Shown one piece after another: positions 20,456 to 29,939 of a stretch of 64,000 nucleotides of DNA (the stretch's first letter is position 1; each line of letters starts with the position of its first letter). Below the pieces are notes generated by a model, which was given only the letters and a program-made list of their open reading frames with translations, was not told the origin of the DNA and did not search any database. Location: assembly GCA_051745145.1 (NCBI GenBank), contig JBNJDT010000001.1, positions 25,899 to 89,898 of the forward strand, given 5' to 3'. Source of the stretch: Elusimicrobiota bacterium (lineage in GTDB: Bacteria; CG03; SLGR01; JAGXOG01). The translations under genes and the position numbers were made by a program.

Positions 20456-21496
20456 CTATTTCTCGTCCGTCGGAGTGGCATACTCTATAGTTCTTATGGG
20501 AAACGGAATAACTATTCCCTCCCTATTATATCTTTTATGTAATCTCTTTATAAATTCATGCTGTAACGTAAATCTGTTAAAATATTCTTTAACTCTTAAG
20601 ATTATCTTTAAATCAATAGAGGAATCGTTAAAAGTAGTAAATCTTACTTTGGGTTCAAAAGTACCGTCTCCCCCTTTTATATCTTTTAAAACCTGCTTCG
20701 CTATTTCTATAGTTACTTTTTCTACTTTTTCCAGGTCACTTTCATAGGATACACCTACCGGGATTCTCAAAATACAATTTTTCCCGGATAAATTATAATT
20801 TGTAACAATTACATTGCCCAGGGTAGAATTTGGTATTACTATCATATTTTCTTCCCTGGTCTTTATTGTTGAATTCCTCCAGGTTATATCTACAACTTCT
20901 CCCTGTTGCCCGGATTCTAACATAACAAAATCACCTACCCGGACCTGGCCGGCAAAAATTATTTGTAACCCGGCAAAAAGGTTTGATAAAGTTTCCTGAA
21001 GGGCTAAAGCCACAGCCAGTCCTCCTACACCCAGTGCTGTTATAAGAGGAGTTATCTTTATGCCCAGACTCTGAAATACTAATAACAAGCCTACTACAAA
21101 TACCGCTATCTTTATAAGAGTTACAACTATAGTAGTTGACTGGAGTCCGGACTGGGCCCTATCTGCATAATATTTGGCCAAATTTGCTATTACCTTTATT
21201 ACTGCAAAAGTAACTGTAGTAATAAATAATATTACAATTGTATTTGTAATAAATCCGCCGGTTTTAGCGGAGACCCCAAAGAATGGAAATGCTATTCTTG
21301 CGCCGACAAGAAAAAACCAGAAACTTATATATGATTTAAAAGGTTCTATAACATACTTCCAAAATTCGTTTATTTTTGTTACAGCTTTTACTAAATAATT
21401 AAACAAAAATTTTTTTATCACCACTCCCGCTAACCAGAAAGAAAATACTATGGCAACAGGTGTAATAAACGAAGGATTTAAAAATTTTTCAAGCAT
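20456..21496 (-). CDS. mscS: Mechanosensitive ion channel (MscS family)
   Basis: 346 aa. N-terminal TM helices, then the conserved MscS beta-domain (GDFVMLESGQQGEVVDITWRNSTIKTREENMIVIPNS). Confidence 0.8.
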   Translation of the reverse strand: MLEKFLNPSFITPVAIVFSFWLAGVVIKKFLFNYLVKAVTKINEFWKYVIEPFKSYISFWFFLVGARIAFPFFGVSAKTGGFITNTIVILFITTVTFAVIKVIANLAKYYADRAQSGLQSTTIVVTLIKIAVFVVGLLLVFQSLGIKITPLITALGVGGLAVALALQETLSNLFAGLQIIFAGQVRVGDFVMLESGQQGEVVDITWRNSTIKTREENMIVIPNSTLGNVIVTNYNLSGKNCILRIPVGVSYESDLEKVEKVTIEIAKQVLKDIKGGDGTFEPKVRFTTFNDSSIDLKIILRVKEYFNRFTLQHEFIKRLHKRYNREGIVIPFPIRTIEYATPTDEK

Positions 21497-21711
21497 AATT
21501 TTCTCCTAACGATAAAATTATATACAGGCATTTAAAATCTAAATGCCGTACTAAACTTCTTAAATTTTAAGCCTATTTAAATAAAATTCTACTTATATTA
21601 TTTTGATTTTATAAAATTTATCTTTCTATAGCAAATTTTATAAAAATTTCACTTTTTAAAAAATTTTTGTTATCTTTAAAAAGGTAATTGTAAAATATAA
21701 GGAGATATTTA

Positions 21712-22224
21712 ATGAGTATTTTAACTAAAAATCAAATACTAAAAGAAATTCAAGAAGGTAATATTAAAATCAATCCGTTTAATAAAGAGCGGATAGGACC
21801 CGCCTCAATAGACTTAAGTCTAGATAATAAATTTCGGGTTTTCAAAAAAATTCACGGTACTTTTGCAGTAAAGGAAGAAGCAAATCACGAAGATGTCACT
21901 GAATATATAGAAGTTGAGGATTATTTTTTATTAATGCCCGGTGAAAGTGTCTTGGGAATTACTAAAGAAAAGATATGCCTTCCTCAAGACATTTGCGGAT
22001 GGCTGGAGGGACGGAGTACTTTTGCACGCCTGGGCCTTACAGTCCATGTAACCGCAAGTTTCATGCATCCCGGTATCAAAAGCAAGCAGGTTCTTGAGAT
22101 AAATAATGTTTCCTCAATACCTTTAGAACTTTATCCGGGTACGTATATCTGTCAGTTTATATTTCAGCGCTGCGAAGGCAAAGCTAAATACACAGGCAAA
22201 TACCGAAAACAGGAAAGACCGTAA
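21712..22224 (+). CDS. dcd: dCTP deaminase
   Basis: 170 aa. The N-terminus (ILTKNQILKEIQEGNIKINPF...IGPASIDLSLDNKFRVF) is typical of the dCTP deaminase/dUTPase fold. Confidence 0.8.
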   Translation: MSILTKNQILKEIQEGNIKINPFNKERIGPASIDLSLDNKFRVFKKIHGTFAVKEEANHEDVTEYIEVEDYFLLMPGESVLGITKEKICLPQDICGWLEGRSTFARLGLTVHVTASFMHPGIKSKQVLEINNVSSIPLELYPGTYICQFIFQRCEGKAKYTGKYRKQERP

Positions 22225-22242
22225 AATTTATTATATTTTTAC

Positions 22243-22686
22243 TTACTTAAGTTCCTCGATTTTTTTCTGTATTTTTTCCTGTCCTTCCGGAGAACCTAAA
22301 AATCCTGGTTTTTGCTGCTCAAATTCTTGAAGTTCCTCTTCAGTAATTCCAAGCTGCTCTCTTACTTCTTTAGCTTCTTCTTTAAGCTGCGACTGCAACT
22401 GGTCTACTTTTTCAGAATCTCCTTCCCCCATAGCTTCGGCAAATTCATCTTCGTGCTCCTGCTGTTTGAGCTGCATACGGGCAGAATATTCTATGTAATC
22501 CTCTTCCGATAAGGAAACTTCAACATCGGCTTGGGCTTTTTTATCCGGTTCTTCTTTTTTGGACCGTTGCGGAGTTTCTATTTTTTCTCCCTCTTTACCT
22601 TCTCCCTCTTCACCGCCGTTGCCGCATCCGGCAACAAGAAAAAACACGGCAACTGTCAACCCCAACAAGATTTTTCCAATTTTCAT
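22243..22686 (-). CDS. Acidic low-complexity lipoprotein
   Basis: 147 aa. Signal peptide with lipobox LVAGC, then an E/K/Q-rich region. Confidence 0.5.
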   Translation of the reverse strand: MKIGKILLGLTVAVFFLVAGCGNGGEEGEGKEGEKIETPQRSKKEEPDKKAQADVEVSLSEEDYIEYSARMQLKQQEHEDEFAEAMGEGDSEKVDQLQSQLKEEAKEVREQLGITEEELQEFEQQKPGFLGSPEGQEKIQKKIEELK

Positions 22687-22754
22687 TTTTTCCTCCTTTT
22701 TCCCGTTAAAAAATATTTTTTTGGGTCTTTACTTGTTTATTATAATAATTTTAT

Positions 22755-23273
22755 CTATTCTATGCCAATCCCTGCCGGAGCATTTCCCCCTGGAGTAGAC
22801 GCTCCTTCTTCAATATCTAATTCTTCTAAAATTTCTTCGGTAACATCCCGAGCTCCGGCAAATAAGACATTCTCATCCATTACATAGTCATAGCCTTTTT
22901 CCTCGGCTATATTCCCGATATCCTCCTGCAATGATTGTGTAGCTTCTGCTTCTAAACGAACTCCGAGTTGCTGTAGTTGCTGCTGTATCATCTGCTGTCC
23001 CATACGCTGTTCATCTTCATCCATTTCCTGCAACCGTTTTTGCAGCTTCTGCTGCTCTTTTTGAAACTCATTCTGGGCCTCTAAAAACGGGGGATACTTT
23101 TCAAGAATTCGATTTGTATTAACTGTGACAATAGTTAGCGAATCCTCGGCAAAAGAAACTGCTGATAATCCTGCAATAATTAATAGTACCGCGAAAAAAA
23201 ACCTAAAATTTTTACATATTTTTAAAATACTTGACTTGCTCATTAAAATTTCCTCCTTAACTTTTTCTACCAT
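22755..23273 (-). CDS. skp: OmpH/Skp-like periplasmic chaperone
   Basis: 172 aa. Signal peptide, Q/E/K-rich coiled coil and the C-terminal Skp signature (EEKGYDYVMDENVLFAG). Confidence 0.65.
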   Translation of the reverse strand: MVEKVKEEILMSKSSILKICKNFRFFFAVLLIIAGLSAVSFAEDSLTIVTVNTNRILEKYPPFLEAQNEFQKEQQKLQKRLQEMDEDEQRMGQQMIQQQLQQLGVRLEAEATQSLQEDIGNIAEEKGYDYVMDENVLFAGARDVTEEILEELDIEEGASTPGGNAPAGIGIE

Positions 23274-23338
23274 ATAATTCTTATCTATAAATTATAATAT
23301 ATAAAATAAAATGTCAAAAAAAATAACTTCTTACTTAT

Positions 23339-24595
23339 TTATATCTCTGTTAGTGAAATACTGTTAAACTTTTCTTTTAAAAGTTCATCCCTCTCTTGAA
23401 ATAGGTTTTCTATTTTATTGTATTTATTACTGTTATTAAACTCCGCTTTGTTAACCCCCTCACTGTTAAGGGCATTTACTACCTGCCAGGCGGTTACCTC
23501 TTCATCCTCCCCTGCCGGTTTAAAATAACGGGTTTTTTGTTGGTGGAATTCTGTTAATATTCCGACCTCGGTAAGCTCATAGAGAATCCGGTTAATCAGT
23601 TTAATCGGCCCCCCGGCTTTTTTTACAATCTCTTCGGCTGAAAGCGGATCCCCTTTTTCCTGACAATTACGATAAATTATAGATGAGACCAGCAATGCAG
23701 CTTTTTCTTTTAAAGAAAAACTTATATCGCCCGGACGTCCTTCACGCTTATAGATTTTATAATTCTGAACGGCAAAAGACGTTTCCGCCCCAATTAGTAT
23801 TACAATCCAGCTTATATAAACCCATAAAAAAACAAGAACAAACTGAGAAAAACTACCGTAAATAAGATTAAACTCGGTTGCTGCTGCCGTTGCCCATATT
23901 AGATATATCCTGTAAGAAATATGCCATAATATCCCGGCGGTAATTCCGCCGGCTAGTGCAGCTTTGATCTTTATTCCAACCACCGGAAAAGCAAAATATA
24001 AAAATGAAAACCCAACCATTGTAATTACTACTGGGAAAAGCCCGCTGCTCACCGGAAACACATTACCGGCAAAATTCATGGCCCCGGATAATCCAACAGT
24101 TATTACAACCGGTAGAATTATAATCGCGGATATATAATATATCAACTTTTTATACAGAGCCCTACTTTCTTTCACCCCCCATATATCATTAAAAGCTTTT
24201 TCCACGTTAAGCAATAAAAAAACAGTAATTTTAAGCAGTAACACCGCACCGATAATACCGAGGGCACTTAGCTGTGCTGTATCCACGTAATTTATGATTT
24301 CCGAAGCAAGTTCGGGATCAAATATAACCTTATTTATAAAATCGGCACCGTAAGTTCTCTGTATTCCCAATTTCTGTAATACGGTAAAAATAACAGCGGC
24401 CGTAGGAATTACGGCAAGTAAAGTATAATAGGTTAGCGAAGAAGCAAGCATATGGCATTTATCACGGACAAAATCTTTGGAAATTATTATTATTATTTTT
24501 AAAACTCTAAATAGAAAACCGCGTATGCTACCATACTTTTCGGTATTTATTACCCATATTTTTTCATTTATAAAATTCTTTATTTTTGACGTCAT
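23339..24595 (-). CDS. YihY/BrkB family membrane protein with C-terminal winged-helix-like extension
   Basis: 418 aa. YihY motif (SLTYYTLLAVIPTAAVIF) and six TM helices, plus about 130 aa of cytoplasmic tail. Confidence 0.65.
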   Translation of the reverse strand: MTSKIKNFINEKIWVINTEKYGSIRGFLFRVLKIIIIISKDFVRDKCHMLASSLTYYTLLAVIPTAAVIFTVLQKLGIQRTYGADFINKVIFDPELASEIINYVDTAQLSALGIIGAVLLLKITVFLLLNVEKAFNDIWGVKESRALYKKLIYYISAIIILPVVITVGLSGAMNFAGNVFPVSSGLFPVVITMVGFSFLYFAFPVVGIKIKAALAGGITAGILWHISYRIYLIWATAAATEFNLIYGSFSQFVLVFLWVYISWIVILIGAETSFAVQNYKIYKREGRPGDISFSLKEKAALLVSSIIYRNCQEKGDPLSAEEIVKKAGGPIKLINRILYELTEVGILTEFHQQKTRYFKPAGEDEEVTAWQVVNALNSEGVNKAEFNNSNKYNKIENLFQERDELLKEKFNSISLTEI

Positions 24596-24729
24596 TTTAA
24601 TATTATTTATTTTTTAACCGAACTGCTTTTGTTTATAATATTTTAAATAGTAAAGCATTTTTCAGAAAATTGCAAAATCTTTATGCCGGTTTAAAATTCA
24701 GTTCGCTGAATAATTTTGAAATTCCTCTT

Positions 24730-25098
24730 CTAATAACCTCGTTTTTTGAGCTGGTCTTCATCAAAACCAAAGTAATGTGCTGTTTCATGAATAACTGTAT
24801 GGAAAATCTTCTTTTTCATTTCTTCGGTAAGTTCAACGCCGAAAACTTCCTCAAAACTTTCCTTATAAATTTCAATACGGGTGGGCTCTGTTTGAACTGA
24901 AAACGTCTTTCTATCTTTTCGGGCAATACCTGTAAATATACCAAACACAATTTTACCCGGATGACGCTCCCTGACCGCCCGGGGTACTTTTTCTCTGGGG
25001 AGAATATTTATTTTTTCTTTATTCAAAATTGCCCTGTACTTTTCAGGCAATTTTAAGACAACCCTGTTGACGGCTTTTTCAAATTTCTGGAATTTCAT
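24730..25098 (-). CDS. Small zincin-like metallopeptidase (DUF1025-type)
   Basis: 122 aa with HExxH (HETAHYFG) near the C-terminus. Confidence 0.5.
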   Translation of the reverse strand: MKFQKFEKAVNRVVLKLPEKYRAILNKEKINILPREKVPRAVRERHPGKIVFGIFTGIARKDRKTFSVQTEPTRIEIYKESFEEVFGVELTEEMKKKIFHTVIHETAHYFGFDEDQLKKRGY

Positions 25099-25360
25099 TT
25101 GATTTGCTTTTAACTAACATACCACCTGCAGGAGACGGCCCGCAGCCTTTATTGAGTTTCAAAACTGTTTCTACCTGAGTAATAATGGCATGCAATTTTA
25201 TTTTTCAAATTCCACCGGGTCAGCAGCTTTATTCCAAAGCAGATTTAAATATAAAGTAGATGAATGATTATTCCCGCTATAATATAGAGAGAATACGTAC
25301 TCCACTCCTCTTATTTTCCTGTAGTTTAAACACTAAATAACTATTTAATTTTCAGTAAAT

Positions 25361-26554
25361 TTATTTTTCTATAAATTTTTTAAACTTAGTTAATCCTTCT
25401 TCCATTTCTTCAGCTGATATTCCGGAATAGGCAAATCTAATATATTTCTCGGTCTCTCCCGGCAATTTTTTACCGAAATGTAATCTGGTGCAAAAAGATA
25501 CTCCGGTTTCATGAAGCACAGTTTTTCTAAATTCCGAATAAGTATCTATTCCCAGTTTATCCATAGCCTCCGTTACATTGGGGAATAAATAAAAAGTCGT
25601 CTGGGGTTTAAAACATTTCACTTCTTTAATAGAATTTAAAATTTCAAATCCCACGTCTCTTCTTTTTTCAAGGGTATTCAGTATATTTTTTACCCCGGAC
25701 TGGTCACCGGTAAGTCCTTCAAGAGCACCGTACTGAACAAAATGATTAGAACAGGACTCGTCATTAGTATTTAATTTTCCTACAATCGGCGCTATATCAT
25801 CGGGGGCAATAGCCGCTCCCAATCTCCAGCCGGTCATAGCAAATTTTTTAGAAAATGTATAGGCAATTACACACCTTTCCTGCATTCCGTCAAGGGAGGT
25901 TAGCGATTTTGATTTTCCCGAATACCTAATATCAAAATAAGCTTCATCACAGAGCACATATAAATCATGCTTCCTGACCAAACCAGCAATCCTTTCTAAT
26001 TCCTCTTCGGAAGCTTCGGCAGCCATGGGATTTTGAAAATCGTTAAAAATTAAAATTTTTGTGTTCTCTGTAATAGAATTTTCCAGACCGTCAAGATCAA
26101 GTTTGAAACCTTCTTTTCCTTCCCTATAAGTATAGGGCACCGGAATACCTCCATGAAACTCTATCTGGGATTCGTAAATCGGATAACCGGGGTTGGGATA
26201 GAGGACTTCATCGCCAGGATTCATCAAAGCCAAAATAAATTTCCCTATAACAGGTTTTCCGCCGGGTTGAATGATAACATTTTCCATACTGTAGTCAGTA
26301 TTATGGGATTTATTAATATCTTCTGCCAGGGCCTCTCTGAGAGAATCAATACCCGCATTAGGGCAGTAACCCGTCTTACCATCTTTTATAGCTTTAAAAG
26401 TGGCTTCCTGTATATTTTTCGGGGTGGGTAGATCAATATCTCCAAGATGAAAGGGGTAAATTTTATTTCCCTGAGCCGCAAACTCCGAAGCTTCCTGAGA
26501 TACGGCAAATGCCGTTTCTGTTCCTAAACGTCCAATTCTTTTTGCTAATTTCAT
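25361..26554 (-). CDS. PLP-dependent aminotransferase, class I/II (aspartate aminotransferase-like)
   Basis: 397 aa. PLP-lysine region FSKKFAMTGWRLG, with conserved NPxGxP-like and DExY segments. Confidence 0.8.
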   Translation of the reverse strand: MKLAKRIGRLGTETAFAVSQEASEFAAQGNKIYPFHLGDIDLPTPKNIQEATFKAIKDGKTGYCPNAGIDSLREALAEDINKSHNTDYSMENVIIQPGGKPVIGKFILALMNPGDEVLYPNPGYPIYESQIEFHGGIPVPYTYREGKEGFKLDLDGLENSITENTKILIFNDFQNPMAAEASEEELERIAGLVRKHDLYVLCDEAYFDIRYSGKSKSLTSLDGMQERCVIAYTFSKKFAMTGWRLGAAIAPDDIAPIVGKLNTNDESCSNHFVQYGALEGLTGDQSGVKNILNTLEKRRDVGFEILNSIKEVKCFKPQTTFYLFPNVTEAMDKLGIDTYSEFRKTVLHETGVSFCTRLHFGKKLPGETEKYIRFAYSGISAEEMEEGLTKFKKFIEK

Positions 26555-26778
26555 TTTTTCCTCCGTATTCTTTACTAATTATCTTTTTCCTTTTGATTTT
26601 TTATGTTATAAAAAAATTATAAAAAATTCAACTAATTAGACATAATTCATTAAGTATAATTGTGAAATTTGATAAATACTTTTAAAGCATTATGGTATTA
26701 ATTAGTTATCCGGTATATACAGCTATTTAATAGATTAAAGAACTGAAAATATACATTTATATTTAGGAGTTAGCCAAA

Positions 26779-28083
26779 ATGTCAGATAAAAAAAATGTTA
26801 AAGAGACAATAGATAATAATAATCGCGAAAAATCAGAATGGAAAGACTATCAATGGCATTTAAAACATTCCATTAAAGATATAGAAACTTTTCAAAAATT
26901 AACGGGTATAGAATTTAACAAAGAGGAGAAAGCAAAACTAAAAAAAACTCTACAAAAATTTCCGCTTTCTATTACCCCTTATTATCTATCTTTAATTAAA
27001 AAAGAAAATTATAAAAAGGATCCCATATTTAAACAGGCTTTTCCCGATCCCAACGAACTTATAGTGACTAAATACGATATGGAAGATCCCCTCCATGAAG
27101 ATGAAGATAAGCCTGTACCGGAAATTACCCACCGGTATCCGGATAGAGTATTATTTACAATAAGTAACCAGTGTTCCATGTACTGCCGGCACTGTACCCG
27201 GAAAAGAAAAGTTGGGGATACAGATTATATTCCCTCTAAAAAAACTGTCAAAAAGGGAATTAAATATATTAAAGAGACCCCCCAGATCAGAGATGTAATT
27301 TTATCCGGCGGAGATCCCTTAATGCTTTCCGATGACTATCTGGACTGGATCCTTACTGAAATAACTAAAATACCCCACGTTGAAATGGTAAGGATCGGTA
27401 CCCGATTTCCGGCGGTTTTGCCATTCAGAATAACAGATAGTCTGGTTGAAATTTTAGCTAAACATCATCCCCTGTGGTTAAATACCCAGTTTAACCACCC
27501 GCGGGAGCTAACTTCCTCAGCTCAAAAGGCGCTGAAGAAACTGGCCGATGCCGGAATTCCTCTGGGAAATCAGTCGGTATTACTGGCCGGCGTTAATGAT
27601 TGTCCCAGGATAATTAAAAATCTCATGCATAAGTTGCTTCAAAACCGGGTTAAACCATATTATTTATACCAGTGTGATTTAACTGAAGGACTCTTTCATT
27701 TTCGGACCCCCGTAGGGAAAGGAATCGAAATAATCGAAAACATGATAGGTCACACAAGCGGACTGGCTGTACCGACTTATGTTATAGACGCTCCGGGAGG
27801 CGGGGGTAAAATACCGGTTATGCCAAATTACCTTATTTCCTGGTCAACCCGAAAAGTAGTCTTGAGAAATTATGAGGGAAATATAACTACTTATAAGGAA
27901 CCCGATTCTTACGAACCGGTATTTTGCGACCGTAATTGTGATGGCTGTAAACTTCAGCTGGATCTTGAAGGGGCTGCAGAATATAAATCCCGGGGAATAG
28001 TAAGCTTATTATCACACCATGATAACACTTCTTCCCTCATACCCGAAGGAACTGATAGAATAAATAGAAGAACAGATACCTAA
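26779..28083 (+). CDS. kamA: L-lysine 2,3-aminomutase (radical SAM)
   Basis: 434 aa. Radical-SAM [11 protein letters not shown] motif identical to KamA. Full KamA length, with conserved PLP-binding region. Confidence 0.85.
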   Translation: MSDKKNVKETIDNNNREKSEWKDYQWHLKHSIKDIETFQKLTGIEFNKEEKAKLKKTLQKFPLSITPYYLSLIKKENYKKDPIFKQAFPDPNELIVTKYDMEDPLHEDEDKPVPEITHRYPDRVLFTISNQCSMYCRHCTRKRKVGDTDYIPSKKTVKKGIKYIKETPQIRDVILSGGDPLMLSDDYLDWILTEITKIPHVEMVRIGTRFPAVLPFRITDSLVEILAKHHPLWLNTQFNHPRELTSSAQKALKKLADAGIPLGNQSVLLAGVNDCPRIIKNLMHKLLQNRVKPYYLYQCDLTEGLFHFRTPVGKGIEIIENMIGHTSGLAVPTYVIDAPGGGGKIPVMPNYLISWSTRKVVLRNYEGNITTYKEPDSYEPVFCDRNCDGCKLQLDLEGAAEYKSRGIVSLLSHHDNTSSLIPEGTDRINRRTDT

Positions 28084-28084
28084 T

Positions 28085-29413
28085 ATGACTGAAAAAATAC
28101 TCCTAATAGGAAGCTGGGCTAAAGAGCAGATAACAATAGAAAATATAAAACAAAGTTCTACTTACCGGGTATTCTGTTATCTAAGTACTAAAAATCCGGG
28201 AATACTTAAACTGGCCGACGGGTATAAAATCGGAAGTTTATCCGATAATAAAAACATAATTCAATACGCCCGGGATATCAAACCGGATTTAGTGCTAATT
28301 ACTACAGCCTCCCCCCTTTCAAATGGACTCACTGACGTACTCGAACGGGCCGGCTTTTCCGTATTTGCTCCCAGTAAACAGGCCGCCCGGCTGGAAATAG
28401 ATAAAGCTTACGCCAGAAATATTTTAAAAGAAATTGATATGGATATAGTTCCAAAATTCGGAGTTTTTAAGAAAATAGAAAAAGGCATAGAATTTGCCGG
28501 AAAATTAAACTGGGATGTAGCCGTTAAACCGGTGGGACTTACCGAAGGTCTGGGGGTAAAAGTTTCAGATGAACAGCTCAAAACCAAAGAGGATATAAAG
28601 AATTATATCCGGGAAATTTTAAATAAAAAAATAAGCGGAAAATCAAAAGTTCTTATAGAAAAAAAGTTAACCGGAGAAGAATTCACAATACAGTGCCTGG
28701 CATATGACGGAACAATTATTCCCACTCCGGCCGTTCAGGATTTTAAAAAATTAAAACCCAATGATAAAGGGCCAAATACGGCAAGCATGGGCTCTTACTC
28801 GGATACAAAAAAAATACTTCCCTTTTTAACACCAGAAGAATACCGATACTCTCTTAAAATAATTCAAAAGACTGTGAATTATTTTACTCAAAAAACAGGC
28901 AAAGATTGCCGGGGGTTTTTATACGGCCAGTTTATTCTAACCCCTTCGGGTATTAAAGTTGTGGAGTATAATTTCCGGCCCGGAGATCCGGAATGGATGA
29001 ATACTCTTACAGTTCTTAAAGATAATATAGCTGATAAAATTTTTAGTTTAATGAAAGGTAATGATATAAAATTAAATTTTAAGAATCGGGCCACCGTCTG
29101 CAAATATATAGTGCCCCGGGACTATCCCCGGAAATTATATCAGGAACTGGATATTGCCTTTCCTGAAGATAAATTAAAGGATTTGGGAGTAAATTTCTAT
29201 TACAGCGGGGGAATAGTTTCGGGGAACAGGTTAAATGTAGGTAAAGAAAGAGGAGTTGCTTTTATAGGTCAGGGGAATTCCATTGCTAAAGCAAATAACA
29301 GTGTAGAAAAAGCTATCTCATTGATAAAAGGTAATTTTAGATACAGATGCGATATCGGCTCTGAAAAATTAATTAATTCTAAGAAAAAGTATGTGAGGGA
29401 GGCAATAAGATAA
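28085..29413 (+). CDS. PurD-like ATP-grasp ligase (divergent; the canonical GSGGREHA motif is replaced by GSWAKEQI)
   Basis: 442 aa. GARS-like N domain, ATP-grasp B domain (VAVKPVGLTEGLGVKV) and C domain. It is 2 nt downstream of kamA and 3 nt upstream of the GNAT gene. Confidence 0.6.
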   Translation: MTEKILLIGSWAKEQITIENIKQSSTYRVFCYLSTKNPGILKLADGYKIGSLSDNKNIIQYARDIKPDLVLITTASPLSNGLTDVLERAGFSVFAPSKQAARLEIDKAYARNILKEIDMDIVPKFGVFKKIEKGIEFAGKLNWDVAVKPVGLTEGLGVKVSDEQLKTKEDIKNYIREILNKKISGKSKVLIEKKLTGEEFTIQCLAYDGTIIPTPAVQDFKKLKPNDKGPNTASMGSYSDTKKILPFLTPEEYRYSLKIIQKTVNYFTQKTGKDCRGFLYGQFILTPSGIKVVEYNFRPGDPEWMNTLTVLKDNIADKIFSLMKGNDIKLNFKNRATVCKYIVPRDYPRKLYQELDIAFPEDKLKDLGVNFYYSGGIVSGNRLNVGKERGVAFIGQGNSIAKANNSVEKAISLIKGNFRYRCDIGSEKLINSKKKYVREAIR

Positions 29414-29415
29414 AT

Positions 29416-29919
29416 ATGAAAAATTCAGATTTTAATATTCGTGAAGCTAAAGAAGAAGAATTTTTAAAATTGCATAAATTTGTGGCCAACTGCCCTCCCC
29501 TGGAACAGTATCCGGTTCACTTATACAAATTAACGCTCAGGTATTTTCGAAATACGTGTTTTATCGCAGAATTAAACGGCAATTGGGCTGGTTTTCTTAC
29601 AAGTTTTATCTCCCAGGTAAATCCGGAAAATTTATTTATGTGGCAGATAGGCATTCATCCTGATATGCAGGGTAAAGGACTTGGCAAAAAAATTTTAAAA
29701 GCAGCAGAAAAAAAATTAAAGAAAAGAGGAATCAAAAAAATAGAATTAACCGTGGATCCTGAAAACAGTCCTTCCCAGAAATTATTTACCGGCATGGGGT
29801 ATAAAAACATAAGTAAAGATGAAGGGGAATGTGTAAATATTAATAATACACCGGCAGTTAAAGATTTTTACAAACCGGGCAGACATTTTACGGTTTTTCA
29901 AAAAAAATTAAATATTTAG
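29416..29919 (+). CDS. GNAT family N-acetyltransferase
   Basis: 167 aa. Acetyl-CoA-binding motif QIGIHPDMQGKGLGKKIL. Last gene of the kamA operon. Confidence 0.75.
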   Translation: MKNSDFNIREAKEEEFLKLHKFVANCPPLEQYPVHLYKLTLRYFRNTCFIAELNGNWAGFLTSFISQVNPENLFMWQIGIHPDMQGKGLGKKILKAAEKKLKKRGIKKIELTVDPENSPSQKLFTGMGYKNISKDEGECVNINNTPAVKDFYKPGRHFTVFQKKLNI

Positions 29920-29939
29920 AATAGTAAAATTTTATTTTT

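Noticed and set aside
22312-22887. Plus-strand ORFs overlapping the lipoprotein and Skp genes (22312-22512, 22531-22887, 22559-22798)
   Set aside because: They are antisense or alternative-frame read-throughs of low-complexity E/K-rich coding sequence. Their translations are F/L/S-rich junk.
25099-25360. 262-nt intergenic region between the aminotransferase and metallopeptidase genes with a short GC-rich stem (CTGCAGGAGACGGCCCGCAG)
   Set aside because: It contains only one modest hairpin, most likely the aminotransferase terminator and 3'UTR. I could not identify a conserved ncRNA motif by eye.
28085-29413. Calling the ATP-grasp gene purD outright
   Set aside because: The overall fold matches PurD, but the substrate-binding GSGGREHA signature is altered. 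The gene is embedded between kamA and a GNAT gene rather than with pur genes. It is therefore kept as PurD-like with unknown substrate.
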